DNA of 64,000 bases from Candidatus Zhuqueibacterota bacterium (GCA_016928775.1 JAFGKD010000043.1:1834-65833), one strand, 5' to 3'. Positions 38,673-49,427 are shown, counted from the stretch's first letter. Numbers and translations: made by a program. Notes: generated by a model not told the origin, from the letters alone.

Positions 38673-38713
38673 GAATCACCATTGCGCTTGAACCTTTTTA
38701 TCATGTTTAAAAT

Positions 38714-39952
38714 ATGACACCACGTGACAGAATTCTCACCGCACTGAATCACCAGCAACCGGATTGTGTCCCGATAGATCTCGGCGGTCACCGTTCTTCG
38801 GGTATCATGGCCATTGCTTATAACAAGTTGAAAAAATATCTCGGTATCACGTCCGGTGATATTTATGTGTATGACATGGTCCAACAATTAGCACTCATTG
38901 AGGAACCAATTCCTGATTTGTTTGGCATCGATACGATTGAAATGGGACGCGGCTTTTTGCTGAATGAATCCGACTGGAAAGAATGGCTGCTGCCGGATGG
39001 TACACCCAGTAAAATTCCGTCGTACATCAGTCTAAAAAAACGGGGCGATGATTGGCTTTTATTGAATGACCGCGGTCTCGAACTTGGTGTCCAGAAAAAA
39101 GGCTGCCTCTATTTCGAGCAGATCTATTATCCTTTGGCTGAACGCGGTATAGCTGACGATGATTTTTGCGATCTCGAAGAGCGACTCGGCGAGAACATCT
39201 GGTCCATCCCGCATCCTGGAGCACATTTAGATATAAATGATGAAAATCAGTTGCAGCAAATGGTGGCCGGGGCGAAAAAGCTGCGCATGGCAACAGACCG
39301 CGCCATTATCGGCCTGTTCGGCGGCAATATGTTCGAGACGCCCCAGATGATGTATCGTACGGACAACTGGCTGCTCTATCACCTGATGTATCCACAACAG
39401 GCGCACGCTTTTTTAGAAAAACTGGCACATATTCATCTAAAAAATCTCGAAAAATGGCTCTCGGCGGTTGGCCGCTATATCGACATCATTTTGTTTGGTG
39501 ATGACCTCGGCAGTCAATCTGGTCCCCTTGTTTCTGTCGATATGTATCGTGAATTTTACAAACCATACCATAAAATGCTATGGAACCGTGCAAAGCAGTT
39601 AGCAGATGTTAAAGTATTATTGCATTCCTGCGGTGCCATCGAACCGTTTATTGATGACTTTATCGACGCCGGACTCGATGCGGTTAATCCTGTACAAATC
39701 AGTTGCAGCGGTATGGATGCCCGTTCTCTGAAAAAAAAATACGCCGGGAGGATCACCCTCTGGGGTGGCGGATGCGATACCCAATCCATTTTGCCGGATG
39801 CGTCGCCGGATGTCGTGAAAAAGCATGTCAAAAAGCAGATGAACATTTTGGCTCCTGGTGGCGATTTTGTCTTTCAGCAGGTGCACAACATCATGGCCAA
39901 TGTACCGCCGGAGAATATTGTGGCGATGCTTGAGGCGGTGGAGCAATATTGA
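38714..39952 (+). CDS. Uroporphyrinogen decarboxylase-family (MtaA/CmuA-like) protein
   Basis: MTPRDRILTALNHQQPDCVPIDLGG, GDDLGSQ, LHSCG, NPVQ, WGGGCDTQ, QVHNIMANVPPENI. Confidence 0.88.
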   Translation: MTPRDRILTALNHQQPDCVPIDLGGHRSSGIMAIAYNKLKKYLGITSGDIYVYDMVQQLALIEEPIPDLFGIDTIEMGRGFLLNESDWKEWLLPDGTPSKIPSYISLKKRGDDWLLLNDRGLELGVQKKGCLYFEQIYYPLAERGIADDDFCDLEERLGENIWSIPHPGAHLDINDENQLQQMVAGAKKLRMATDRAIIGLFGGNMFETPQMMYRTDNWLLYHLMYPQQAHAFLEKLAHIHLKNLEKWLSAVGRYIDIILFGDDLGSQSGPLVSVDMYREFYKPYHKMLWNRAKQLADVKVLLHSCGAIEPFIDDFIDAGLDAVNPVQISCSGMDARSLKKKYAGRITLWGGGCDTQSILPDASPDVVKKHVKKQMNILAPGGDFVFQQVHNIMANVPPENIVAMLEAVEQY

Positions 39953-39961
39953 GAGGATAAA

Positions 39962-40498
39962 ATGATAAATATCACTGCGATAATTTTACTCGTACTCATC
40001 TGTTGCGGGAGCATTTACGCTCAACACGAGCAGCAGACAGTAAAAACCGTTGAATTCGTCGATCTGGATCGTTATGCCGGACTCTGGTATGAAATCGCCA
40101 AAATACCAAATCGGTTTCAAAAAAGATGTGCCTCGGGCACAACAGCAGAGTACAAGCTGATAGATAACGGTTATGTCCAGGTTATAAATCGTTGTCGGGA
40201 AGCGAACGGCGATCAAGCCTCGATAAAAGGGCGGGCGCGCGTTGTCGATAGCAGAACCAACGCCAGGCTTCAGGTCAGTTTTGTGCGGTTTTTTGGCAAA
40301 AACTGGTTTTGGGGTGATTACTGGATCATCGGCCTCGACAAGAATTACCAATGGGCGGTGGTTGGCCATCCGGATCGCACTTACGGCTGGATTTTAAGCC
40401 GAACGCCCGAGATGGCCGAAAGCGACCTGCAAAGCTGCTATCAGATTCTGCGCGAGCAGGGTTATGATCCGCAGACATTTGTCGCCACGAAGCATTGA
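39962..40498 (+). CDS. blc: Lipocalin (Blc-like)
   Basis: VDLDRYAGLWYEIAK.PNRFQK.C, GDYWII, YGWILSRTP. Confidence 0.88.
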   Translation: MINITAIILLVLICCGSIYAQHEQQTVKTVEFVDLDRYAGLWYEIAKIPNRFQKRCASGTTAEYKLIDNGYVQVINRCREANGDQASIKGRARVVDSRTNARLQVSFVRFFGKNWFWGDYWIIGLDKNYQWAVVGHPDRTYGWILSRTPEMAESDLQSCYQILREQGYDPQTFVATKH

Positions 40499-40530
40499 GT
40501 TTCGCTTTAGCTGGTCATTATATCGTCATT

Positions 40531-43500
40531 CTATTTGATCATCATCAGCTTGTCGACAGCAGAATAGTCGCCCGCTTTGAGCTGATAGAAATAAAGTCCG
40601 CTGGGGAGCACATTGCCATCTGAATCAACTCCATGCCAAGTTACGGTATGAATCCCGGCATCCATTTGTTCATTCACCAGCGTCGTGACTTTTTGTCCCA
40701 GGGTATTATAAACAAATAACTGCACATCGGCGTTCTGCGGGAGCGCATAGCGGATGATCGTATTGGTATTAAACGGATTGGGATAATTTTTGTACAAGAC
40801 GAACTCGCCCGGGATGGACTCTCCTGCTGTCTGGACTTTGCTATAAAGCGGCACAATCGATATATCGTCAATAAACCATCCGGGGCCGCTGTTCGCCGCA
40901 TCCGAGGTAAAACGAAATCGCAACAGCACATTTTCATTGCCGGGACCGGTAAATTCGTTGAGACTATACCGCGCCTCCTCAAAAGTACCAATCGCCCCGC
41001 TCACCGGCAGGTCAAGTTGTCTCCAGGTGGCGCCAGCATCGTTGCTCGCCTCGATATAGCCGACATCCCCGGGTTGAAAGGCGTACATCATCCAGAGAAC
41101 GAGGGTTGCTTGACTGACGTCGGACAAATTTATTCCTTTTTTCAGCGTTGCGGTCAGGTTGGCGTTGGGCGGATAATCACCGTTCGGGCTTTCGCTGAGA
41201 GAATAAACGCCCGAGCGTTTTCGAAAGTCATCCAGTCCCCAGCCGCCTTCCTGCGTCTCCCAATCATCCAAACCGGATTCAAAATCTTCGTAACTCAAAA
41301 TCATTTGATAGACCGGCGAGGCACCGCGGACCGGCGGATCTGTCTCATCGCTAATGACAAACTGATAATACAATGTATCTCCCAGGCTAAAATCTCCCTG
41401 AATCTCACCACCGAATCTGTTGTCGCCGAGCGGTAAAAGAAACACACTGTCGACAGCCGCGTTGGTCGTCCAGAACAACACTTTGGCGCTGGTTGTGTCC
41501 AGGGAGCTGATATGTGATACGCGCATGGAGATACAGGGCCGTCTGGTCAGACTCGCACGTTTTTCCAGAGCAGCATAAACGATCGGTGCGGCTTTTTTGA
41601 TTTCGAGCTGCTTTATTTTTATAGGCGAATAAAGTCCGGACTCGGCAACAGCTTGAACACCATATTCCAGCACTGAACCGTAGGCTGGTAACGGAATGGT
41701 TCCCTGATACAGTGTATCATCGACTGCTGTCATCGCAACGATTGTATAGTCAGACTGGTCGATTGTTCGCCAGTACAGATGGACGGCGACAGGTTTTTCC
41801 CCTGCAACAGTTGCATCCACAACAAAATCATCAACCTGATCCGCAACATACACCAAATCTTTCACCTCGAGCATAAAACCGGTAAAATAGCCCAGGATGC
41901 GCTGCATCACCGTTAGCCTGGCGCCTTCCTCGGCTATCGCTTCAAAACCACCAAAAGCAAAATGCACCACCTTGCCCAGGCGTTCACTGCGCACGGCAGC
42001 GATCTGGCCGTCGGGATAGGTGAAAACCGGCGTGCTGTTGCTCGTTTTATCAATTACGTCACGTGATTGTTCTTCGGCATTCCGTTTTGGCTCAAAAACC
42101 GGAAATTCGAGTCCTTTTCCAATCGGATCGGTGGAGACGCCAATAACTTTGCTATAACTCGAGGCATCATTCAGAAACTCGGCCTGCAAATAGTTTTCAT
42201 AAAAAATTTGCGATTTTCCGTTGGACTGGTTTCTCTGGTTATAGTAATTGCGGTTTTGCGCGTCCTCAGCGGATTGTGGAGCGGCCAAATCCCAGGCGAT
42301 ATTTTGACCCGCAATAAACAGGTTTTTGAAATATCTCAAATAGGATTGCAAATCATCACGGTCTGTTTCTTCCAACGTCGGAAACGCACTTTCGCAAGAC
42401 CAGATGACAATATCATAATTGCGCAGTCGGGAGCCGAGATGACCCTGGGTTGAGCGATCCCATATATCATACGGCATACCGAGTGAATCAAGAGCAGAAA
42501 AGTAATAGTCTTCAACATTCAATTGCCCGTCATCATCATCGACAAAAAGAACTCTGGACTCTATAGCCACCTGAAACTCGACGGTCTGTTGGCTGGCACC
42601 GTCGGCGCTCAGGTTCATTTGAAATTTTACATTGTGTGGAAAAGCGTTGTCACTGACTTTTATGGTAAAATATTGATTGACATTTTCGACGTAATTCTGC
42701 AGTGATGATATGCCCGGAATGGCGGCAAAGAACGCTGAATTCTTTAAAATTTTTATTGATGGATCATCTGAAGATATTGTTGCCGTCACATTTGTCGCGT
42801 CATTCCAGCGGTTGGTGATGCGCAGCAACAGATCGCATGTCTCTCCTATATTCATGCGTTGATCGCCGTTGCCATTGAGCAAATCTTCGACGTTAACCCT
42901 GGTGATGAGAAATTCCGGCTCAGACGCGAATGGGAGTTGTAACGCAGCACGCGCGTTCACGCGACCTCTTTTGCCAAGCGTACATTCATAACCGGCATTT
43001 ACCACGTCGACAGGATCAGCGGTATCGACGATATGCATCAAAATCTGCGCGGGCGACCAGTCGGGATGAGCTGCCTTGAGCAGGCCCGCGACACCCGCGA
43101 CAATTGGCGCGGCAAAAGAAGTTCCTGACGTTGAGCCATAGCGATTATTTCGTGATGTTGTATAAATGCTGCTCCCCGGTGCAGAGACCTTGACCCACGG
43201 GCCAAAGTTCGAAAAGCTGCATTTCCGGTCGCTGCTGTTGACGGCAGCGACCGATAAAATCCAGTCTTCACGTCCGGGCGAATGCGGAATGTCTGAATTA
43301 TCATTGCCCGCCGCCTTGACGATGAGAACACCGCGCGTGTATGCATAAAGAAACGCATCGCGTTCCGCATAATCATCCCATATGGAGCCAAAGCTGGCGT
43401 TTATTATATCGGCGCCATTATCGGCGGCATAATAGATGGCCTCAATCACTGATATCGTTGGCAAGTAGCCATTTCCATCTGAACCTTTATAGCCGGCGCG

Positions 43501-44256
43501 CAGCGGCATAATCTTGCACGACCAGCCTAATCCGGCAATGCCGATTGCATTATTCGCGCTCGCCGAGGCAAAGCCGGCGACATTTGTCCCGTGACCTTGA
43601 AAATCCATCGGATCATTGTCCGGATCTTTCGCATCCTCGCCGGGTGCTGCGTCGCTCACATTTCTGACAAAATCCCAACCACGAATATCATCAACGTACA
43701 GGTTGCCATCGTTATCAATGCCATCCAGAACTTCTTCTCTATTTCGCCAGATATTACCTGTTAAATCCTCATGAATATAATCCACTCCTGTATCGATGAT
43801 GGCGATGATCACATCCTCTGAGCCTTGCGAATAATCCCACGCCGCAAATGCCTCAATTTGTTCTAAATAATCCTGGCGCGACAGCAGTGGATCATTTGGC
43901 ACAGCCGATAGACGATGGAGATAATTGGGTTGGGCATATTCGATATCGTTTTCCGCACTCATTTTGGCGGCTAATTCCGCGACATCTGTCGCTTCAGAAA
44001 AATTGAGCAGGAAAAAATTGTCGCGCTCATCGGCGGGCGATGTGGCGGTTGTAAAAACGGGCTGCATGACCGAGACGCCATACTTTTGACTCACAGCGGC
44101 GAGGGCAGTAATTTTGCCCTGCGATGACATCCCGCTTGTGGGACGAAATTTCACAATTAATTGCCCTGGAATATAGTCTTTTTGATCGATGGCAAAACCA
44201 GCGACAGTCATAAAAAGAAGAAAAATAGAGATCATTCTCATATTCAGACTCAGCAT
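40531..44256 (-). CDS. S8 subtilisin-like serine protease with T9SS-type CTD
   Basis: Catalytic triad IAIIDTG / HGTNVAG / SGTSFAAP, propeptide, C-terminal KNYPNPFN...SGLYFYQL...KLMMIK. Confidence 0.93.
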   Translation of the reverse strand: MLSLNMRMISIFLLFMTVAGFAIDQKDYIPGQLIVKFRPTSGMSSQGKITALAAVSQKYGVSVMQPVFTTATSPADERDNFFLLNFSEATDVAELAAKMSAENDIEYAQPNYLHRLSAVPNDPLLSRQDYLEQIEAFAAWDYSQGSEDVIIAIIDTGVDYIHEDLTGNIWRNREEVLDGIDNDGNLYVDDIRGWDFVRNVSDAAPGEDAKDPDNDPMDFQGHGTNVAGFASASANNAIGIAGLGWSCKIMPLRAGYKGSDGNGYLPTISVIEAIYYAADNGADIINASFGSIWDDYAERDAFLYAYTRGVLIVKAAGNDNSDIPHSPGREDWILSVAAVNSSDRKCSFSNFGPWVKVSAPGSSIYTTSRNNRYGSTSGTSFAAPIVAGVAGLLKAAHPDWSPAQILMHIVDTADPVDVVNAGYECTLGKRGRVNARAALQLPFASEPEFLITRVNVEDLLNGNGDQRMNIGETCDLLLRITNRWNDATNVTATISSDDPSIKILKNSAFFAAIPGISSLQNYVENVNQYFTIKVSDNAFPHNVKFQMNLSADGASQQTVEFQVAIESRVLFVDDDDGQLNVEDYYFSALDSLGMPYDIWDRSTQGHLGSRLRNYDIVIWSCESAFPTLEETDRDDLQSYLRYFKNLFIAGQNIAWDLAAPQSAEDAQNRNYYNQRNQSNGKSQIFYENYLQAEFLNDASSYSKVIGVSTDPIGKGLEFPVFEPKRNAEEQSRDVIDKTSNSTPVFTYPDGQIAAVRSERLGKVVHFAFGGFEAIAEEGARLTVMQRILGYFTGFMLEVKDLVYVADQVDDFVVDATVAGEKPVAVHLYWRTIDQSDYTIVAMTAVDDTLYQGTIPLPAYGSVLEYGVQAVAESGLYSPIKIKQLEIKKAAPIVYAALEKRASLTRRPCISMRVSHISSLDTTSAKVLFWTTNAAVDSVFLLPLGDNRFGGEIQGDFSLGDTLYYQFVISDETDPPVRGASPVYQMILSYEDFESGLDDWETQEGGWGLDDFRKRSGVYSLSESPNGDYPPNANLTATLKKGINLSDVSQATLVLWMMYAFQPGDVGYIEASNDAGATWRQLDLPVSGAIGTFEEARYSLNEFTGPGNENVLLRFRFTSDAANSGPGWFIDDISIVPLYSKVQTAGESIPGEFVLYKNYPNPFNTNTIIRYALPQNADVQLFVYNTLGQKVTTLVNEQMDAGIHTVTWHGVDSDGNVLPSGLYFYQLKAGDYSAVDKLMMIK

Positions 44257-44331
44257 TTATTTCTCCGTCGTCTATCTGATGAAACAGGGGCGTATACAAC
44301 GCGTTAACCTGCGGGGATAGCACTTGTTCCC

Positions 44332-44362
44332 AAAAAAAATGCCCTGCCGTGTATGACAGGGC
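44332..44362 (-). terminator. Intrinsic terminator of ssrA
   Basis: GCCCTG / CAGGGC stem followed on the minus strand by a long T-run, just 3' of the tmRNA. Confidence 0.7.
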
Positions 44363-44369
44363 GTACAAG

Positions 44370-44732
44370 TGGAGACGGCGGGAGTCGAACCCGCGTCCGG
44401 GAAACCGGCCATAGCAGCTTCTACATGTTTAGTTCAACGCTTGTTTCTCGATCACCTCTGGTGCAGCGAACAAACCTAAAGTGATCCAGTCTCGTAAAAT
44501 TTCATCACCTGTGCCGAGACCTCAAAGGTGACAATCCCACTGGAATCGACGCCCGTCTCTCCATTCAGCGGGCACAATCGAGAGCGGACGCTGGCTGTTT
44601 ATTAAGCAGCCAGAGCGTAGTTGTAATTGTCTGCAATTACTTTCGTTTCCCGGTTGATTTACGAGGTGACCGGGACCTCCTCGACATGCAGCCACTAACA
44701 CCACGTAACCCGTCGAAACCAATTTCGTCCCC
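44370..44732 (-). ncRNA. ssrA: tmRNA
   Basis: 5' GGGGACGAAATTGGTTTCGAC, internal tag ORF GCAGACAATTACAACTACGCTCTGGCTGCTTAA (ADNYNYALAA*), 3' GGACGCGGGTTCGACTCCCGCCGTCTCCA. Confidence 0.97.
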
Positions 44733-45055
44733 AGAGTCTCAAGGAACAAACGCAAATATACATTTTTACATCCGAAAGTCAAACACTTTATTCGCAGACA
44801 CGCTCTATATAAAACAAAACAGCTAGTATAAAGGTTCCAAATTTGCTGACCTGCATTATTCACAAACTGCTCACACAAAGCCACAAAAACACCAAGAAAC
44901 AAAAGGTTAGATGTATATGGTAAAAATGACAACGTTTTTTTGAAGCATTTTATATCGATTCAGCAAGTCCAATAAAAACAGTCGCTGTGTCTTATTGTCT
45001 TCGTGTGAACGAATTTTTCAGGCTAAAAGATCAGTCCTGGGTATAAACGACGTGC

Positions 45056-46186
45056 TTAGTTCGACGTTTCTCTTTGGATTATTTTAGCGTTGGTGAACAG
45101 TCGATCAAGATAAATATCAACAGTATCAGTGTCCAGGGGCACCTGCAATTGTTGCGTGGTGTAAAAATAATCCGGGTGACTTACTTCGAGCGTATACTCA
45201 AACGGCGAATACAAATTAAACTGCGCACCAGCCAAATTGGTATAAATTGTCTGCGAGCTCACGACGTATTGCGGTGCTGTTCGCAGCGCATAATTGAGAA
45301 TATCAATATTCTGAAAATATTTCGAAAGCAACCGTAATCGCGATGGCGGATTTCCATCTATGGTCACTTTGGCATTCTGAATCGGGTATCGAGAGTCGGA
45401 GCCGAACACTCTGATGGTCACCGGCACTGTTTTGGAATTGATCTCCGCATTGACAAACGAGCTGATGGCCGGTCTCAGATCATACGTTTGATAACTATAC
45501 TGAAAGGTATGCCACACACCGTCATCACTTTGCATGGTAAACGTAATCGTGTTCAGATCGAGGGCCTCAACGGGTACTGTATAGGAATGTGGCGTAAAGC
45601 CGGTTTCTTCAAACGGGACAAAGGAAAAGAACGTAAAAGGTTCCGCCGGTTGCAGGACAACCCGAAATACACCATTCTTATCCGTTCGTTGTGATGCATA
45701 AGTGACCATCAAATTATTATTATCTTCAATGCTCACCAGCGCATCGTCAAACGCCCGCCAGCGGGACTCTCCATTCGCTTTTGTTCTCACTTTATTTATA
45801 AATGTGATCTCAATTTTATTCTGCGAGCGCATTTTTGATTCTTTTGCAATCTCGGTGCGAACCTCGGATCGGTTGTCCATAACGGGTGACAGACCGGCAC
45901 CCTGGGCCGCGCCGGCGCCGTTTGAAGACCCGGGTGAAGCACTCAATGCGGCACCTGGTTGTTGACCGACAGTAGATCCGCCCTGATTATTCGTCGGGGG
46001 CTGCTGCACTTGAGATGATGTGTTACTGGAAGCTGACTCTTCCCCCATCAGGCCACCGAGCAGATCTCCTTCCGGTTCGTCGTCGTACCAGCCCGAATAG
46101 TCCGTGCCTGTTCCGGCACACATGCAGAACATCAATGCCACTGCGATTATTGGATATAATTTTCTTTTGTTTTCAAAATGAAACAT
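45056..46186 (-). CDS. Hypothetical lipoprotein
   Basis: AGGAGG RBS, basic/hydrophobic N-terminus with Cys, Ser/Gly/Gln linker, beta-rich C-terminal domains. Confidence 0.6.
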   Translation of the reverse strand: MFHFENKRKLYPIIAVALMFCMCAGTGTDYSGWYDDEPEGDLLGGLMGEESASSNTSSQVQQPPTNNQGGSTVGQQPGAALSASPGSSNGAGAAQGAGLSPVMDNRSEVRTEIAKESKMRSQNKIEITFINKVRTKANGESRWRAFDDALVSIEDNNNLMVTYASQRTDKNGVFRVVLQPAEPFTFFSFVPFEETGFTPHSYTVPVEALDLNTITFTMQSDDGVWHTFQYSYQTYDLRPAISSFVNAEINSKTVPVTIRVFGSDSRYPIQNAKVTIDGNPPSRLRLLSKYFQNIDILNYALRTAPQYVVSSQTIYTNLAGAQFNLYSPFEYTLEVSHPDYFYTTQQLQVPLDTDTVDIYLDRLFTNAKIIQRETSN

Positions 46187-46360
46187 TAGGAGCCCTCCTA
46201 TCATGCCCATTCATGTTGTAATTGATCATTAAACACCTATTTTTGATGTACTTGAACAACGATGTCAAGATCATCAGCCCCGTTCCACATTGTTTTATCT
46301 AACATAGGTGAAATTTTGCAAATCGCAGAAGGATTTCTTGCAACAGAATGGAGATGACCA

Positions 46361-46564
46361 CGGCGCGGCCAAAGGCCACAACCACAATCGTCCGCGGATT
46401 ACCCGGCGCGGCCTGTGGCCGCAGCCAAATTACAAGCCACTGATGCACATGGATGAGCACGGATTTTTCGGTTTTGCTTCGAGAAAGCTTTGGGACTGGA
46501 GGCTAAAAAGGCTTAAAATGAATGATATTATCCGTGTTTCATCCGTGAACATTGTGGCTTGTAA
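46361..46564. repeat. REP-like intergenic repeat cluster
   Basis: Two direct copies CGGCGCGGCCnnnGGCCrCArCCA (46361-46384, 46404-46427), then a long imperfect inverted repeat TTACAAGCCAC...GCACGGAT (46430-46464) / ATCCGTGT...GTGGCTTGTAA (46530-46564). Confidence 0.65.
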
Positions 46565-46655
46565 ACTTTGCTAAAAAAACACGATGTTGCAGATTTCCCG
46601 TCCGGCATGAATATGCCGAACGATCTGTTGAATTTTTGAAATGGACTACCTAGCC

Positions 46656-47927
46656 TCAGCTTAAAGCCTGTTCAATATCAGCGATGATATCATCTACATT
46701 CTCAATGCCGATCGACAATCGAATGAGCTCCGGCTTGAGTCCGGCTTTTATTTGCTGCTGTTCGGAGAGCTGGGAGTGCGTGGTACTGGCGGGATGAATG
46801 GCCAGACTCTTGGCATCGCCCACATTGGCGAGATGCGATATCAGCTTTAAATTATTAATAAATTTCTCACCTGCCGCAGCGCCACCGCGAATGCCGAACA
46901 CCACCATAGCACCAAAGCCGTTGTGCAGGTATTTTTTTGCGATAGCATGCGTGGGATCATGTGCAAGGCCGGGATATCGAACCCAGGCAACGTGCGGATG
47001 ATTTTGTAAATAGGTCGCAACGGCCAATGCATTCGCAGAATGTCTCTGCATGCGCAAAGGCAGCGTCTCAATGCCCTGAAGAAAAAACCAGGCATTATCC
47101 GGTGAAATAGCTGCACCGAGATTGCGCAATGGCACCAGCCGCATGCGCATAATAAACGCAACCGGATTCAGATCACCCAAATCGTGCGCGTAGCGAATCC
47201 CGTGATAGCTCGGATCGGGCTCATTGAAAAGGGCAAATTTTTCATCCGTCCAGTCAAAATTCCCGGCGTCGACCACTATCCCGCCAATCCCGGCACCATG
47301 TCCTCCCAGCCATTTAGTCAGCGAATGAACGATAATATTGGCGCCATATTCAATCGGCCTGAGCAAATAAGGTGTCGTAAAAGTTGAATCGATGATGAGC
47401 GGCAGATGATACTTTTGCGCTACGGTGGCGATGCTCTCAATGTCAGCGACATCCAGCACTGGATTGCCGATGGATTCAATGAAAACGAGCCTGGTCTTTT
47501 CGGTGATAGCCGCTTCGATGCCGGCAGCCGTGGGTGGTGCGAAATTGGTTTTTATGCCAAATTGCGGATGGATCACATCAAACATGGTATAGGTACCGCC
47601 ATACAAATTATTTGCACTGACGATTTCATCCCCGGACTGACAAATATTGATGACACTATAGTGAATACCGGATGTACCCGATGCCACAGCCAGAGCCGCC
47701 ACGCCACCTTCCAGTGCTGCAACGCGTTTTTCCAGCACATCCTGTGTTGGATTCATAATCCGGGTGTAAATGTTGCCCATCTCGCGCAAGGCAAATAAAT
47801 CGGCCGCATGTTTTGTATCGCGAAAAACATAACTGCTGGTTCGATAAACCGGAACACCCCGCGCGTTTGTCGCTGGATCGGGCTGTTGACCGGCATGCAA
47901 CGCCAGCGTTTCGAATTTGTAGCTCAT
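46656..47927 (-). CDS. metY: O-acetylhomoserine aminocarboxypropyltransferase (sulfhydrylase)
   Basis: FETLALHAGQ.PDP, GNIYTRIMNPT, HSLTKWLGGHG (PLP Lys), HLANVGDAKSLAIHPASTTHSQL. Confidence 0.93.
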   Translation of the reverse strand: MSYKFETLALHAGQQPDPATNARGVPVYRTSSYVFRDTKHAADLFALREMGNIYTRIMNPTQDVLEKRVAALEGGVAALAVASGTSGIHYSVINICQSGDEIVSANNLYGGTYTMFDVIHPQFGIKTNFAPPTAAGIEAAITEKTRLVFIESIGNPVLDVADIESIATVAQKYHLPLIIDSTFTTPYLLRPIEYGANIIVHSLTKWLGGHGAGIGGIVVDAGNFDWTDEKFALFNEPDPSYHGIRYAHDLGDLNPVAFIMRMRLVPLRNLGAAISPDNAWFFLQGIETLPLRMQRHSANALAVATYLQNHPHVAWVRYPGLAHDPTHAIAKKYLHNGFGAMVVFGIRGGAAAGEKFINNLKLISHLANVGDAKSLAIHPASTTHSQLSEQQQIKAGLKPELIRLSIGIENVDDIIADIEQALS

Positions 47928-48000
47928 CGTGACTCCTTAAGTAGACTGGTTTTCTGATCAGGAAATTAAATGCGTAAACATTGTTCGATATGCTGCGGCC

Positions 48001-48771
48001 TCAAAAGCCGTAAATCGTAAAACCGCCATCCACTGTAATACACTGGCCCGTAATATAGGATGATGCCGGCATACACAAAAAGGCCACAACCGACGCCACT
48101 TCATCAGGTTCCGCAACACGGCCGAGCGGTGTCCTTTTCAGGACTTGCCGGAGATATTTTCGATTTCGCAGAAGGCTTTCGACTAATGGTGTTTTGGTGT
48201 ACCATGGCGCTACGGCATTCACCCGGATCCCCTCACCGGCCCACTCGACGGCCAGATTGCGCGTGAGCTGCAACAATGCCGCTTTACTCATCGCATACGG
48301 CGCACCGGTTCTCAAGTGCGTCATTCCGGCAACTGATAAAATATTGACAACCGCTGCCTGGTGTGAATTTTTCAACAAGGTGTGGCCGCGTTTGCAGATA
48401 TCAAATGCAGAGTGCAGGTTGGTGGTCAAAATCTCATCATACTCTTCAGATGTGTAGTCGATTGCTTTTTTTCGAATGTTCATGCCGACATTGTTGATCA
48501 AAATATCCAGGCGGCCCCAAAGTTTTTCGATCTCTTCAAAAACATCCCGTCTGTCTTCGCGATTCGTGATATCCCCGGCCTGGCCGAAGGCGCGATAGCC
48601 TTCTTCCTGCCAGCTCTCCAAACGTTTTTCCAACAATTCCGGATCGCGCGCCACAATAAAAATAGAACCGCCGCGTTCCAGAACAGCGTTGGCAATAGCA
48701 AAGCCAATTCCCTTCGTACCGCCGGTGATCAAGGCGGTCGTGTCATCGAGCGACCAGCGATTTTTATTCAT
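48001..48771 (-). CDS. SDR oxidoreductase, tropinone reductase-like
   Basis: RWSL...[40 protein letters not shown]. Confidence 0.9.
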   Translation of the reverse strand: MNKNRWSLDDTTALITGGTKGIGFAIANAVLERGGSIFIVARDPELLEKRLESWQEEGYRAFGQAGDITNREDRRDVFEEIEKLWGRLDILINNVGMNIRKKAIDYTSEEYDEILTTNLHSAFDICKRGHTLLKNSHQAAVVNILSVAGMTHLRTGAPYAMSKAALLQLTRNLAVEWAGEGIRVNAVAPWYTKTPLVESLLRNRKYLRQVLKRTPLGRVAEPDEVASVVAFLCMPASSYITGQCITVDGGFTIYGF

Positions 48772-48929
48772 TACGCCCTCATCTCATCTTGATGTATCAA
48801 AGTAAAAAAGATAACAATGAAAACCCGCACTTTTTTCCAATCATTAAAATAAAAGTGCTGGAGGTCGTGTCGGAGGCAAAATTTGACGAGGAGGCAAATT
48901 TGCAAGCATGCTTTTGGAGACGATTGCTT

Positions 48930-49427
48930 TTATGCCGCGATTTTTTGTCCGATCAATTTGTGCAGCGAGGCAGAAAAAGGAAGCTTGATATACTTGGGCA
49001 AGAACTTGTATTCCGTGTGAAAGCCCAGGAATATCCATCGGTGCTCGAGCAGGTTGACCACCGCAGAGATGTCCCATAAAGGTGGAATGAGGATCGTCAC
49101 TTCTTGTCCTACACGTTTGAGCTCTCGGTAAAACGTTGCGGGCTTTTCAAGATGTTCTGCTGTATGAGAACTGAGCACAGATTTAAAAACACCCGCCTTG
49201 AACGGGAGATGGTAAACATCAGCAATGACCATATTGGGCACTTTGGCATGCGCAACGATATCCACATTGATCCCGCCGCCGTCGGTCTCCCCGCAACAGA
49301 CATTCAGATCCCATTTTTGTCGTATGATGATTTTATTCTTCAAATAGGAATAACTAATATAATTGAGAATCCATGAGATGACATAAATTAAAACACATGA
49401 TAAAACGATCCAAAAAAGAACCACCAT
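48930..49427 (-). CDS. Methyltransferase type 11-like protein with N-terminal TM helix
   Basis: LNVCCG, NVDI, ADVYHLPFK...SSHTAEHL...ELKRV. Confidence 0.7.
   Translation of the reverse strand: MVVLFWIVLSCVLIYVISWILNYISYSYLKNKIIIRQKWDLNVCCGETDGGGINVDIVAHAKVPNMVIADVYHLPFKAGVFKSVLSSHTAEHLEKPATFYRELKRVGQEVTILIPPLWDISAVVNLLEHRWIFLGFHTEYKFLPKYIKLPFSASLHKLIGQKIAA

Noticed and set aside
44522..44932. 136-aa ORF from the track
   Set aside because: It overlaps the tmRNA and a palindromic repeat and has no protein-like features.
47928..48000. SAM riboswitch before metY
   Set aside because: The spacer is only ~70 bp and lacks SAM-I/II consensus elements.
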